Virus record (IMG/VR): IMGVR_UViG_3300027736_000041
Span: 1-64,000 of that record
Length of the DNA: 64,000 nt
Source: a virus
Strand: one strand, 5' to 3'
Positions 1 to 9,084 of this stretch are shown here, piece by piece. Position 1 is the first letter of the stretch; each line of letters starts with the position of its first letter. The notes beneath the pieces were generated by a model, which was not told where the DNA came from, did not search any database, and saw only the letters and a program-made list of their open reading frames with translations. A program made the position numbers and the translations under genes.

Positions 1-60
1 ATGATTGCAGTGTATGCATCATTATGGATAGCGCATAATCCAAAAAGATGAAGTTGTGTT

Positions 61-135
61 GCCACTGTGGCTCAGAGGTAGAGCAGATGTTTTGTAAACA
101 TCAGGTCATGGGTTCGAATCCCATCGGTGGCTCCA
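61..135 (+). tRNA. tRNA-Thr(UGU)
   Basis: Acceptor stem GCCACTG/CGGTGGC, anticodon arm GATGT-TT[TGT]AA-ACATC, T-loop GGTTCGAATCC, encoded CCA end. Confidence 0.96.
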
Positions 136-193
136 AGATAGCGCTAGTTGATGCTGGCGGATCATACGGGAATCACATGGAAACGGAGTACAC

Positions 194-631
194 ATGAACA
201 GTGAGTCGAACTCGTTTGCCGAGAAAAAAAGAGATGGAATACAAAAATATCTGGAGCAATATTTCCCAGATGACATTGAAGACATTCTTCTCGCCGATGG
301 ACTGGAAGAGGCCTTTATTGGAGTGTCCCGCTCATTTGCTGGGGCACATGTTGCAGTGTATGATATTGACATCATCATGCAGGTCTTGGTGAAGCAGGGA
401 ATGACTCTAGAAGAAGCGCATGAGTATTTCGAGTTCAATACATTAGGTTCGTATATGGGGCCACATACACCTATTTACTTGACGAGATATGATTCATGGG
501 CACATGAGGAACGTCCAGTATTTGATCCGTCCATATGGACAAACAGAAGGTCCGATTTTTTGTTTGGCCTCAAATTAGAAGATGATGATCATTCCGAGGA
601 GGGCACTGATGGCCGGTTACCACAGGTTTGA
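194..631 (+). CDS. conserved phage hypothetical protein
   Basis: GGAG RBS; motif LADGLEEAFIG...AVYD...MTLEEAHEYFEFNTLGSYMGPHTPI resembles a common small aquatic-phage family (recognised from memory). Confidence 0.8.
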   Translation: MNSESNSFAEKKRDGIQKYLEQYFPDDIEDILLADGLEEAFIGVSRSFAGAHVAVYDIDIIMQVLVKQGMTLEEAHEYFEFNTLGSYMGPHTPIYLTRYDSWAHEERPVFDPSIWTNRRSDFLFGLKLEDDDHSEEGTDGRLPQV

Positions 632-944
632 CGAAGAAGCAGCTTGGCGTGATACCTTCAAGGGTGTTGTGATTATCGACTCGAAGCCATGGATGGATGG
701 CCCACATGGCCTTGTGCCTGTTCGACGCAGTGCTGTCGAACGCTATCGTCGATCAGTTGACGACGCTTATGGACAAGGCTATCATGATGTTGACGCCGTC
801 ATTCAGGGCATTACGGAGCAAGCCTATTGGGAAGCAATCAAGATTGTTTCTGCATTGAAGGCAGACGGCTATAGTCACTTGATTCCCAGTTTGGACGATA
901 ACGATTTGCTTCCACCTCCTCCAGAAGAGCTGCATCTTGTTTAG
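609..944 (+). CDS. hypothetical protein
   Basis: ATG at 609 preceded by GAGGAGG; overlaps the end of the previous gene. Confidence 0.65.
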   Translation: MAGYHRFDEEAAWRDTFKGVVIIDSKPWMDGPHGLVPVRRSAVERYRRSVDDAYGQGYHDVDAVIQGITEQAYWEAIKIVSALKADGYSHLIPSLDDNDLLPPPPEELHLV

Positions 945-976
945 GTCACTGACGGCTCCATGAGCGCACACACTCC

Positions 977-1138
977 ATGAAGATACAAAGCCCGTGTAAC
1001 GATAATTGTCGATCCAAAAATGGAGTGTGTGTCGGATGCAAGCGTACCGTTGAGGAAATCAAGCACTGGCGTGGGTACTCAAATGTCGAGAAACGTGCGG
1101 TGCTTGATCGCATACAAAAAGAGGGGAAACTATCATGA
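977..1138 (+). CDS. DUF1289-like small Cys-rich protein (53 aa, absent from ORF track)
   Basis: MKIQSPCNDNCRSKNGVCVGCKRTVEEIKHWRGYSNVEKRAVLDRI matches the SPC-x3-C-x6-C-x-GC-x-RT-x2-EI-x2-W pattern of DUF1289. Confidence 0.85.
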   Translation: MKIQSPCNDNCRSKNGVCVGCKRTVEEIKHWRGYSNVEKRAVLDRIQKEGKLS

Positions 1139-1215
1139 CTGATCCGCCCAAGCAGTTGACTCCCGGCAAGCCGTATCCGAAGCCGGAAAAAAAAGTCAAG
1201 AAAGGAAAGAAGTAA
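1135..1215 (+). CDS. tiny basic Lys/Pro-rich peptide (26 aa)
   Basis: ATGA overlap with the previous stop, GAGGGG RBS; MTDPPKQLTPGKPYPKPEKKVKKGKK. Confidence 0.45.
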   Translation: MTDPPKQLTPGKPYPKPEKKVKKGKK

Positions 1216-1360
1216 ATAGTTGGAGCAACACAAGTGATGTATGAATCTTGGACTGGCTCATGGTACATTTGGGTTGATGATGTGCCACGAATGCGCATGG
1301 ATCTCAATGAAGACCCCGCATTGTTTCATATGGACATCACCGGAATCAAGGATCGTTGTC

Positions 1361-1867
1361 ATGCCTCATGCTTTTCCTGAAAACTTCTCTCCCCTTCCGG
1401 CCCACGTTGAAAATGACGTAACGTTTGATGTCCCTTCGCATAGGATCGAATGGGACAATCCGTTCTGGAATCGCAAAGTCACTCTTCAGCATTGCGGTTG
1501 TGAAGTGACTCTTCCCGCGAAAGCAGTCTTTTACGGTGTGACAGCCACATGGCATTTTATTTTTGCGGACATCGAACACAAGGATTGTCCGGTCAAGCGT
1601 GGCTACGCCGGATTTGCCACGATTGCGCCTGAAGCATTTATGCCCACCAAGGAGGAGATTGGACGCATGCTTCGGCATGACGATCCGTTTCAAGATTTGG
1701 TGCGTGATGAGTTTTCCCATCCGCTTCGTGCAATGGACGGCTGTGAGATCAAATATCTCGAATCTGTTTGTGAGCATGGCCTGCCCTCTTGGCCTTTGTA
1801 CTTGGACTACTTGCCCACAAAATGGAGCGATGTTCATTCATTGTTGCCAAAGGGGAAGTCAAAATGA
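1361..1867 (+). CDS. hypothetical protein with possible metal-binding Cys/His
   Basis: Frame open from 1241; ATG 1361 has AAGGA upstream; HCGC, HKDC and CEHG motifs; ATGA overlap with the next gene. Confidence 0.65.
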   Translation: MPHAFPENFSPLPAHVENDVTFDVPSHRIEWDNPFWNRKVTLQHCGCEVTLPAKAVFYGVTATWHFIFADIEHKDCPVKRGYAGFATIAPEAFMPTKEEIGRMLRHDDPFQDLVRDEFSHPLRAMDGCEIKYLESVCEHGLPSWPLYLDYLPTKWSDVHSLLPKGKSK

Positions 1868-2511
1868 ATAACGGAGTGTTATCCATGAAGACCACGTATT
1901 CATTTCCCAATACTGGGATAAGAGTAGCACTGGTTGGTGGGGCAGGTTCTGGCAAAGACACGATGGCGTCTATGATTGTGCGTCATGTTGATAATTGCCA
2001 TCGGTTGGCCTTCGCTGATGCATTAAAGAAAGATTCGGATCGCGTCATTCATATGCTTGCTTCAGCATTGGGATTTGAATATCATCCTTTCATGGAACAG
2101 GTGCGTTCAAATGATCCGGACATCAAAAACGTATTGCGTCCTCTTTGGCAGTGGCTAGGAACAGACTTGATTCGGAATACCATTAATCGAAGATATTGGA
2201 TTAATGAACTAGAAGATTCAATGAATAAAATAATAGAATTATCTGAGAAATATATTGTGCCATCATTTGTAATAAGTGACTGCAGATTTGAAAATGAACA
2301 CTCATGGGCCAAGTCGCAGGGATTTGTCTCGATACATGTATCAGGTCTTTGGCAAGGAGACATGAAAAACTTGGATCATGAAAGCGAGAAAGAACACGAT
2401 AGATTTTCTTGCGACATGATTTATTATAATTATGGAACCATGGAAGACATGGAAGATTGGGTCAAGAATACATTGATACCAATGTGCAAAGAAAACTCCT
2501 TGCATGAATAA
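1864..2511 (+). CDS. deoxynucleoside monophosphate (dNMP) kinase, T4 gp1-like
   Basis: P-loop GGAGSGKDT, LAFADALK, RPLWQWLGTD, YW, VISDCRFENE and HESE motifs typical of phage dNMP kinases. Confidence 0.9.
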   Translation: MNNGVLSMKTTYSFPNTGIRVALVGGAGSGKDTMASMIVRHVDNCHRLAFADALKKDSDRVIHMLASALGFEYHPFMEQVRSNDPDIKNVLRPLWQWLGTDLIRNTINRRYWINELEDSMNKIIELSEKYIVPSFVISDCRFENEHSWAKSQGFVSIHVSGLWQGDMKNLDHESEKEHDRFSCDMIYYNYGTMEDMEDWVKNTLIPMCKENSLHE

Positions 2512-2527
2512 TGGAGATATTATTGTT

Positions 2528-2617
2528 ATGAGCAATAATACTTTTGTTTACATGCTTTTTATGGCCATTGCGTATGCATTTATTGTGTTGTCGAGAAAGC
2601 CACCATCCTCATATTGA
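2528..2617 (+). CDS. small single-pass membrane peptide (29 aa)
   Basis: MSNNTFVYMLFMAIAYAFIVLSRKPPSSY; GGAG upstream; stop overlaps the tRNA-Lys 5' end. Confidence 0.4.
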   Translation: MSNNTFVYMLFMAIAYAFIVLSRKPPSSY

Positions 2618-2690
2618 TCTCGTGGCTCAATGGTAGAGCAGCGGACTTTTAATCCGCTGGTTGTGGGTTCGATCCCCACCGAGATCACCA
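2616..2690 (+). tRNA. tRNA-Lys(UUU)
   Basis: GATCTCG/CGAGATC acceptor stem, GCGGA-CT[TTT]AA-TCCGC anticodon arm, GGTTCGATCCC, ACCA end. Confidence 0.96.
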
Positions 2691-2727
2691 TTGACGCAGC
2701 AGTATAATCACATGGGAGGCAACCCGA

Positions 2728-3072
2728 ATGTATATGCGCAAATTCGCGATATCGGCACAGGTCGGTGGTTATGACGATCTGCTGAGGATTGAACGGGTTG
2801 AGACCAAACATTCCATTTCTATTGTGGGAAAACCCATGAAGACATGGGGTCGATTGATAGCAGAGATTCATCCTGATTACAAAGCGCGTGAGCAGATTTG
2901 CTCATTGTTCAGGATAGAAACTCCTGCGTGTGTGGATGAGCAAAAATATCGTGACGAGACTGTTCGTGCAATCCGTCAGGATCAGATTGCAGAATGGTTT
3001 TATGTGATTGCAACGCGCATCAATACGCTGGAAGAGATGCTCATGAACTCACGGCCTCCAGAAAATGATTAA
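2728..3072 (+). CDS. hypothetical protein
   Basis: GGGAGG RBS; 114-aa ORF. Confidence 0.75.
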   Translation: MYMRKFAISAQVGGYDDLLRIERVETKHSISIVGKPMKTWGRLIAEIHPDYKAREQICSLFRIETPACVDEQKYRDETVRAIRQDQIAEWFYVIATRINTLEEMLMNSRPPEND

Positions 3073-3310
3073 GGAATTGCGGCAACCTATTCCAGTGATT
3101 ACGCCCAGAGGCAAAGGCTGGGCGTTTTTTATTATAGACCGCTCACAAGAACATTATCTTGAATGGGTAGTCTTCTTGGATGATGGTGGATGTTGCTGGA
3201 CATTTGCAAATCCTGATATTCGTATTCAAGACAATTGGACGATGGGAAGAAAAAAGATATTTGACTTCAATTATCGTCCTAGTCCCGAAGGAAATGACTC
3301 AAATGATTGA
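3065..3310 (+). CDS. conserved phage hypothetical protein
   Basis: IPVITPRGKGWAFFIID...WVVFLDDGG..W...NPDIR; overlaps both neighbours. Confidence 0.75.
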   Translation: MIKELRQPIPVITPRGKGWAFFIIDRSQEHYLEWVVFLDDGGCCWTFANPDIRIQDNWTMGRKKIFDFNYRPSPEGNDSND

Positions 3311-3593
3311 TTCGGAAAAATTCATCATGTCAAATAATCAATCAGAGTCTATACTAAAAGCTATAGACTCATTGATTCAAGTTGACATTGCACTGCGATC
3401 AGGAGAGATATATGATAATTTAGGAGGTATTGATGCAGATGATTTGGTTATATGTGTCATAAAACTGATAGAGTCGTTTTATGGAACCAATAAGATGTTT
3501 GATGAGATGCTTGAGAATTCAGGCACAAGAGATGCAGCCTTGCGTAAAAAACAAAAAATGCGATTGACTTTTAAGAGTGATATAATCAACTAA
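3303..3593 (+). CDS. hypothetical protein
   Basis: AAGGA upstream; in-frame ATG overlapping the end of the previous gene. Confidence 0.6.
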   Translation: MIDSEKFIMSNNQSESILKAIDSLIQVDIALRSGEIYDNLGGIDADDLVICVIKLIESFYGTNKMFDEMLENSGTRDAALRKKQKMRLTFKSDIIN

Positions 3594-3636
3594 TAAAAGG
3601 CACAGGGATTGTCGAGACACGCTGAAAGGGACGACT

Positions 3637-3855
3637 ATGGACAATAGGAGATCAAACGATGATGCATGGAAAAGCAAGATGATCATCGACATCTTAAAAG
3701 CAGTAAGTGCTCAAGATGAAGATCGAGCAGATAAATTGTTTTTGACGTTTGCATCAGCGTTTTTTCAAGATTATCATAAAGAAAAAGATCGAAAAATGGC
3801 AGAATATCATGCCACTGGAGCAGTAGATCGCTTGCAATCACAGGAGAAACAGTAA
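3637..3855 (+). CDS. small helical protein A1 (paralog of 5169..5405)
   Basis: AAGGGA RBS; IIDILKAVSAQDEDRADKLF resembles KIIECVEARDEDAVDHYF. Confidence 0.8.
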   Translation: MDNRRSNDDAWKSKMIIDILKAVSAQDEDRADKLFLTFASAFFQDYHKEKDRKMAEYHATGAVDRLQSQEKQ

Positions 3856-3856
3856 C

Positions 3857-4993
3857 ATGAAGAAAAAGGAAAACTTTTTTTCATTTACTGTATGGCCTCA
3901 TGAAACGGGACGATTGCGCAAAGCAGGTGAGCCAGCAGAAATTGGAAAAGTTCCATTTAGTCCAGAACACATGTCTCCTCCACCAGCTAGCATGCGCCCC
4001 GAACATGTGACGTTTGAAGGAAGTCCCGGAGGTTCCCAATCATTCGGTTGGAATCAAAAAAGACATCCCTCGGGTACAGGAGGATTTGATGGACGAGGCA
4101 CCTATACGTCCGGTTATACCGCGCGACCCGCCGGTTTTTATAGCGATAATGCAACTGGAAAAAAGTGGGTGTTCAAGCCCGGTGTCGATACAGGTGATGT
4201 TGACGGAGCATGGAAGCCGAAGGGCAGTCCTAAAGACCCGCATGGCGCAGGATACGGTGCGAGGCTAGAACATGCAGCCGACAAATTAGTCTCATTTTTT
4301 GCTACTCCACGGAATGGATACCGACCACTACCATCATACTTATATAGTGACACGACAGGAGAAAGAATTCCTGATGGCACTCCAGCGAAAAAGGGAGAGC
4401 CTGTTTTTAGGGTAATACCTCATCTGGGTCCGAACAGTAGCGAGATGGAATATGACACTCCGCCAGAAATTGTGGATCGTTTAAAAAGAGGAAGTCTAGT
4501 CGATGCTTTTTTTGGATTGGGGGATCAACATGGCGGCAATGTCATGTACACAAATGACCCGGACGGCAAAACATCTGATGGCCCCTATCGCATTGACATG
4601 AACAATGGACTGGGAAGACGAGCAAGAGGATTCTTGTTGGTAAAACCCGGAATTATGGGACGGAACAGTCCGGAGCCTCACACATGGCACGACACAAGTT
4701 CCACTGATTTCCTCACGCCTCTTGCAAATCATTACCGATACAACTTTCGCGGAGTTCCTCCTCACTTTGATCCTGATCACGAATTGAAAGTTGCACAGGA
4801 CATGATTGATGCACGCACTGCAGACCCGGAAGGGTTTGAACGCATTTTCGAGCATCTTCCAAACAAGGACGAGCATTTAGAATCTGCAAATCTTAGATTC
4901 AAGTTATTAAAAGAAATGGTGGAAAAATACAAGGGAAATCCGGAAGCAATGAGACAAGATTTGACCAGAAAAATATCAGAGTCAGGCAGATAG
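3857..4993 (+). CDS. atypical kinase-fold protein (PI3/PI4K/HipA-like), copy 1
   Basis: AGGAG RBS; beta3 Lys motif WVFKP, alphaC-like RLEHAADKL, catalytic loop DAFFGLGDQHGGNVM (D-x-H-x-x-N), metal-binding YRIDMNNGLG. Confidence 0.75.
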   Translation: MKKKENFFSFTVWPHETGRLRKAGEPAEIGKVPFSPEHMSPPPASMRPEHVTFEGSPGGSQSFGWNQKRHPSGTGGFDGRGTYTSGYTARPAGFYSDNATGKKWVFKPGVDTGDVDGAWKPKGSPKDPHGAGYGARLEHAADKLVSFFATPRNGYRPLPSYLYSDTTGERIPDGTPAKKGEPVFRVIPHLGPNSSEMEYDTPPEIVDRLKRGSLVDAFFGLGDQHGGNVMYTNDPDGKTSDGPYRIDMNNGLGRRARGFLLVKPGIMGRNSPEPHTWHDTSSTDFLTPLANHYRYNFRGVPPHFDPDHELKVAQDMIDARTADPEGFERIFEHLPNKDEHLESANLRFKLLKEMVEKYKGNPEAMRQDLTRKISESGR

Positions 4994-5007
4994 CCGGGAG
5001 ATTACGC

Positions 5008-5151
5008 ATGAACAGTGACATTCAGAAGATCGTAGCGCCAGTGCGTGAGCAATTGGCTGCCGCAGCACGAAGCGGTGACGTAAAAGCAGCGCAAAGAGTG
5101 CTGATGTCGGTTATGCTCGCATTTGAGAAGCATTCATTGGCTGACAAGTAG
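5008..5151 (+). CDS. small helical protein B1 (47 aa, absent from ORF track; paralog of 6594..6749)
   Basis: GGGAG RBS; MNSDIQKIVAPVREQLAAAARSGDVKAAQRVLMSVMLAFEKHSLADK. Confidence 0.75.
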   Translation: MNSDIQKIVAPVREQLAAAARSGDVKAAQRVLMSVMLAFEKHSLADK

Positions 5152-5168
5152 GATAGGAGAGCAACATC

Positions 5169-5405
5169 ATGGAGCAGCAGAGAAACGGTGTGATGCCAGT
5201 TCAGGCGTCACCAGATATTCTTGGATTAGTCCAGAAGATCATCGAGTGCGTCGAGGCAAGGGATGAGGATGCCGTCGATCATTATTTTGGTGAACTGGTA
5301 GATCATTTTTCTCATGATCATCATGCAGCGACAATTCAGCAATATGCAGAGCGCCAACGTGTGGCTCATGAAATAGCCATGGGGGGCGGCGATGAGCAGT
5401 ATTAA
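5169..5405 (+). CDS. small helical protein A2
   Basis: AGGAGAG RBS; similar to 3637..3855; overlaps the start of kinase copy 2. Confidence 0.8.
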   Translation: MEQQRNGVMPVQASPDILGLVQKIIECVEARDEDAVDHYFGELVDHFSHDHHAATIQQYAERQRVAHEIAMGGGDEQY

Positions 5406-6597
5406 ATCAGGATGGTTCGCAAGGGCAATCTGGCCGCATAATGCGATGCTCTGGAAAGCGGGAGAGTGGTCTCCTCCGCCACATGGTGAACTAAGCGAAA
5501 GAGTTCCTATTCCAGATCATGCTGCTCCACCAGAACATCTTGATCATATGACCATTGATCCGAGCGCATCGACGCATGGAACATCATTTAGGTTGAACGA
5601 CAGAAAAAATAAGGTGAATCCATCTTCGACTGGGGGATTTGATGGATCAGGACTCCATAATTCGGGATATGGAAAGCGCATACCATCTTTTTACGACACC
5701 CCAGAAGGACACAAGTGGGTAGTCAAAAGCGCAGTTGATGGAAATACTTTTGAACCTACATGGACACTGGGAGGGCATGGAAAAATCCTTCCCAATGGGA
5801 TGCGTGATGATTCCGGTGGCGGACCAGACCGCTGGGGAGCAGGATACGGAGCGAGATGTGAGCATGCTTGCGACAAGATTTACAATTTTTTTGCCACTAA
5901 GAGAAACAATATTCTGCCAATGCCAACCTATCTCTATGATGATCGCACTGGAACACGGATAGACGGTCAACCATACGCACCGGGTCCAGCATATCGAGTA
6001 ACTCCCCATCTTGGGCGGGATGCAACGACCGGAGACGGCGTGTACGACACCACAAGAGATGATATTCAGCGAAAAGGCACTAACGGATTGATGGTTGATG
6101 CATTTGTCGGTGCCGGAGATTTGCAAGGCAGCAACTACATGATCAAGCCAAATCCATCTACAGGTGAATACGATGGAGTGTATCGCATTGACAATAATAA
6201 TGCGCTTGGAAGAAGAGCCAAAGGTATTGAATTGTATGAGCGAGATAGTCAAACTGGTGAATTAGGATGGGTGCCGGGAAGTTGGCATGATACGACTACA
6301 AAAGATTTTGTTGATAACTTGAGATATACAGGAATACTGAGTAAGTTAAATCGTGGAATGTATAACAAGGGCACATTCATTGATGGTCAGCACATTCTTG
6401 ATACTGCTAAAGACATGGTAAAACAATATGAAGAAAATCCTGAAGAATTTGCATCAATTTTTGATCATATGCCAAACAAGGAGGAACATGTGGCTGCCGC
6501 TGCACATCGGATCGGCTTGATCAGGAAGATGATCGCAGAGTATCATTCACAACCTGATTTGCTTAAAGAACACATTCTGAACGGAAAACCGAAATGA
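5392..6597 (+). CDS. atypical kinase-fold protein (PI3/PI4K/HipA-like), copy 2
   Basis: Collinear paralog of 3857..4993 (TGGFDG, GAGYGAR, PHLG, WHDT, HxPNKxEH); WVVKS, RCEHACDKI, DAFVGAGDLQGSNYM, YRIDNNNALG. Confidence 0.72.
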   Translation: MSSIKSGWFARAIWPHNAMLWKAGEWSPPPHGELSERVPIPDHAAPPEHLDHMTIDPSASTHGTSFRLNDRKNKVNPSSTGGFDGSGLHNSGYGKRIPSFYDTPEGHKWVVKSAVDGNTFEPTWTLGGHGKILPNGMRDDSGGGPDRWGAGYGARCEHACDKIYNFFATKRNNILPMPTYLYDDRTGTRIDGQPYAPGPAYRVTPHLGRDATTGDGVYDTTRDDIQRKGTNGLMVDAFVGAGDLQGSNYMIKPNPSTGEYDGVYRIDNNNALGRRAKGIELYERDSQTGELGWVPGSWHDTTTKDFVDNLRYTGILSKLNRGMYNKGTFIDGQHILDTAKDMVKQYEENPEEFASIFDHMPNKEEHVAAAAHRIGLIRKMIAEYHSQPDLLKEHILNGKPK

Positions 6598-6749
6598 TGA
6601 GTCCAGAAATGATCGACATGATCGGCCATGCACAACGCGACTTGGAAAAGGCGACTCGTGATGGAGACAAGGAAACCGCACGAGCAATCATCCTTCACAT
6701 TATTTCCATGTTTCGAGAAAATGGCATCAAGCCAAGGGCCATACGGTAA
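6594..6749 (+). CDS. small helical protein B2 (51 aa, absent from ORF track)
   Basis: ATGA overlap with the kinase-2 stop and TAATG overlap with the HD gene; LEKATRDGDKETARAIILHIISMF resembles LAAAARSGDVKAAQRVLMSVMLAF. Confidence 0.75.
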   Translation: MMSPEMIDMIGHAQRDLEKATRDGDKETARAIILHIISMFRENGIKPRAIR

Positions 6750-7477
6750 TGGAAGGTTCGGGTGGTGAACCATTTTCCTTATCGGGAACAAAAGGAATAT
6801 GGACACCTGAACATTCGGCTCAAGTTGGACAGTACCTTGCTACGAGTGTGCCCGGACTTGTTGGTGTTCCACAAGGACGAGGACATCAGGGTAATGATCC
6901 TGTGGCTCATACCGTCATGGGGCTAAACTATTGCATGAATAATCCGTCAGATGCCACTCATGGATTGCCGAAAAGAGCCGCACAGTTGTTGCGTCTGGCT
7001 TTTTCGTTTCATGACTTGGGCAAGGTAAACGGCGGAAAGCGTAATTATACTCATCAAAAATCATCATATAAAATTGCTCTTCCATTTTTAAAGCAATTTT
7101 CTCTGACACCAGAAGAGCATGAAACAGTTAAAACACTAATTCATCACCACCACGCGTTTGGCGATTTGTTTGCCCACTTAAGAAGATCACAGGATGAAGT
7201 ATACAAAGACCCGTCTGATCATGGAGACGGAATTGTTGATGAGAAAAAATTTGTGCGCATTGCAAGAACACCGGAAATGGGAGACTTGTTGGCTCGAATG
7301 TGGCATGCTGATTACGGCGGAATGGGAAATGATGGACGCAAGTCTGGATTGCTCTTTAAAACCAGAAAGGCCATCATGAATCATGTTGCGCCGTTTTTTG
7401 AAGAAACTCAAAAATCCTTATGGGTGACGCAAGTACCATTTCCATTTGCTCGATGGATGATTGTTGCGGACGTATGA
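6749..7477 (+). CDS. HD-domain phosphohydrolase
   Basis: H...HT...LLRLAFSFHDLGK...HQKSS...LIHHH...WHAD: the H-HD-H-H-D arrangement of HDIG/CCA-associated-type HD domains. Confidence 0.85.
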   Translation: MEGSGGEPFSLSGTKGIWTPEHSAQVGQYLATSVPGLVGVPQGRGHQGNDPVAHTVMGLNYCMNNPSDATHGLPKRAAQLLRLAFSFHDLGKVNGGKRNYTHQKSSYKIALPFLKQFSLTPEEHETVKTLIHHHHAFGDLFAHLRRSQDEVYKDPSDHGDGIVDEKKFVRIARTPEMGDLLARMWHADYGGMGNDGRKSGLLFKTRKAIMNHVAPFFEETQKSLWVTQVPFPFARWMIVADV

Positions 7478-7997
7478 TGTTCTATGTCCCCGAGGTTATA
7501 CTAGTAATGTCGTGGTCACTGATGGTGTTGATACACTCAGTGCTTTACGAAAATCTATTTCTTTTTTCCATTTAAGGAGATTTGTCTTGGACGAACCTAG
7601 TAAGTGGTTTCATTCAATGGTTGAGGAATACATTAATGAGATGTCAACACGAATCCTCAATCTTCCTCAAGTGAATACAAGAGTTAATTATCAAGAAATG
7701 GGAATATATGCCTCGATTTCTAGAGTAAAGCAAATTGCGGCAATTGTTATTGAGGCACAAAATGGCATCAACTCGTTTCCGTCCAACAGAGATTTTGCTG
7801 CATATCTTGAACAAAAAGTACTGGAGATACGCGAACAGAGCATAAGGAGTAAAGTTATTGCAGAAGGCCAGTTGATGGGTCACGAAGTCATTGGCGAAAT
7901 CATGAAGACGATTAACAAGGCTCTTGGAATAGAGGACGACGACTCCCAGAAACAGCAAGAAGACGATCAGGAACTTATTCCGTTTATCTTAAAATGA
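7461..7997 (+). CDS. hypothetical protein
   Basis: 178-aa ORF continuing the operon; start uncertain. Confidence 0.65.
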   Translation: MLRTYDVLCPRGYTSNVVVTDGVDTLSALRKSISFFHLRRFVLDEPSKWFHSMVEEYINEMSTRILNLPQVNTRVNYQEMGIYASISRVKQIAAIVIEAQNGINSFPSNRDFAAYLEQKVLEIREQSIRSKVIAEGQLMGHEVIGEIMKTINKALGIEDDDSQKQQEDDQELIPFILK

Positions 7998-8006
7998 GAA
8001 AGCCAA

Positions 8007-8480
8007 ATGATAAGTAGCAGCAGGAAGTCCATAACGTGGCGTCCGGGAGGATTGCGTGCGGCATCAGACGGAGATCGTTGGATACCAGCAGAAGGCAGGA
8101 CTGGCTTTCTGAATGGCAACAGGGTTATTGAGGAGCCCAATCCATTCGGTCGTTTGATTAGGTCACTCTTCAGCAAAAATCTGTCACTTCAGATTGATGA
8201 AGAGCCAAACATGCTTAACACCCCTGATGAGGTTTATGACGCAATCATGACGAAATTCTTCAAAGAGAAGAGTTACGAATTAAAAAAATCCGGTATCAAG
8301 ATCAGTATTGCATTGTTCGTGATCGACAACAGTGGCGATCATCCAGCGTCATGCGGCTGGATCATACTGGTTCCGAATGGAACACCCGGACGTATGACTT
8401 CTCGTGAGACATGGATTGTAAATAGCGACATCCGACTTGAAGATCATCAGTCTTCCGTGGATGCTCTTGACATTCCCTAG
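8007..8480 (+). CDS. hypothetical protein
   Basis: 157-aa ORF, same strand, short spacing. Confidence 0.65.
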   Translation: MISSSRKSITWRPGGLRAASDGDRWIPAEGRTGFLNGNRVIEEPNPFGRLIRSLFSKNLSLQIDEEPNMLNTPDEVYDAIMTKFFKEKSYELKKSGIKISIALFVIDNSGDHPASCGWIILVPNGTPGRMTSRETWIVNSDIRLEDHQSSVDALDIP

Positions 8481-8495
8481 TGCATGCTGTATCGT
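8467..8495 (+). promoter_or_regulatory. sigma70-type promoter
   Basis: TTGACA-17 nt-TATCGT, about 60 nt upstream of a gene with an AAGGAGG RBS. Confidence 0.65.
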
Positions 8496-8555
8496 TCCCT
8501 TGTGAGGCAATCAGTCGATGATTGGCCAGTCACCTACACTACAAGGAGGCAAGTG

Positions 8556-8999
8556 ATGCCCAATTTTCAGAAGGCAAAGATTGCTGATTCATCCGAATCG
8601 GTTGATCTGACGCCATATCTCAAGTTCCTTGAGACGATAGAGATCGGCTACAAGGTACAGGTTCCTCTTGAGAAGGGGGAAACCACTCGCAAGACCATGC
8701 GTCTCTTTAATCGGGCAGCCAAGAAGATTGGCAAGCGATTGGGTCGGGTCTCATCGGATAGTTCCACCGCAGCGTTCCGGGTTCTTCCCTTGGAGAAGCG
8801 TTCATCCAACATCACTGAGGATGCGCGTCGTGCGCGTGTTGAGAAGGCCAAGGCCACTCGGGATGCGCGACGTGCCACTATCTCGACTGTTGCTTCAGTT
8901 TCTGCTGTTGTTGACATGAAGGATGATCGGTACGCATCCGACAAGAACAATCCTCATATTGCTGAGGCGATTGCTGCTATCGAGGCGCTGGAGCGCTAA
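8556..8999 (+). CDS. basic putative DNA-binding protein
   Basis: AAGGAGG RBS; LEKGETTRKTMRLFNRAAKKIGKRL followed by an Arg/Ala-rich helix. Confidence 0.7.
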   Translation: MPNFQKAKIADSSESVDLTPYLKFLETIEIGYKVQVPLEKGETTRKTMRLFNRAAKKIGKRLGRVSSDSSTAAFRVLPLEKRSSNITEDARRARVEKAKATRDARRATISTVASVSAVVDMKDDRYASDKNNPHIAEAIAAIEALER

Positions 9000-9032
9000 G
9001 AGACCTTCTGCCGTACTAGTTTAAGTTCTTAG

Positions 9033-9084
9033 GCTTCTAGTTCTTTTTTAATAGTTTTTATACTGTTATAAAGGGGCTAGAAGC
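9033..9084 (+). promoter_or_regulatory. RBS-occluding hairpin upstream of the holin-like gene
   Basis: GCTTCTAG/CTAGAAGC closing stem; TTCTTTT pairs with AAAGGGG (SD); TAATAGT pairs with ACTGTTA. Confidence 0.6.

Noticed and set aside
8496-8552. Riboswitch-like leader before the 8556 gene
   Set aside because: Only a modest hairpin (CAATCA/TGATTG); the putative anti-SD CCTTGT lies mostly upstream of the expected start site.
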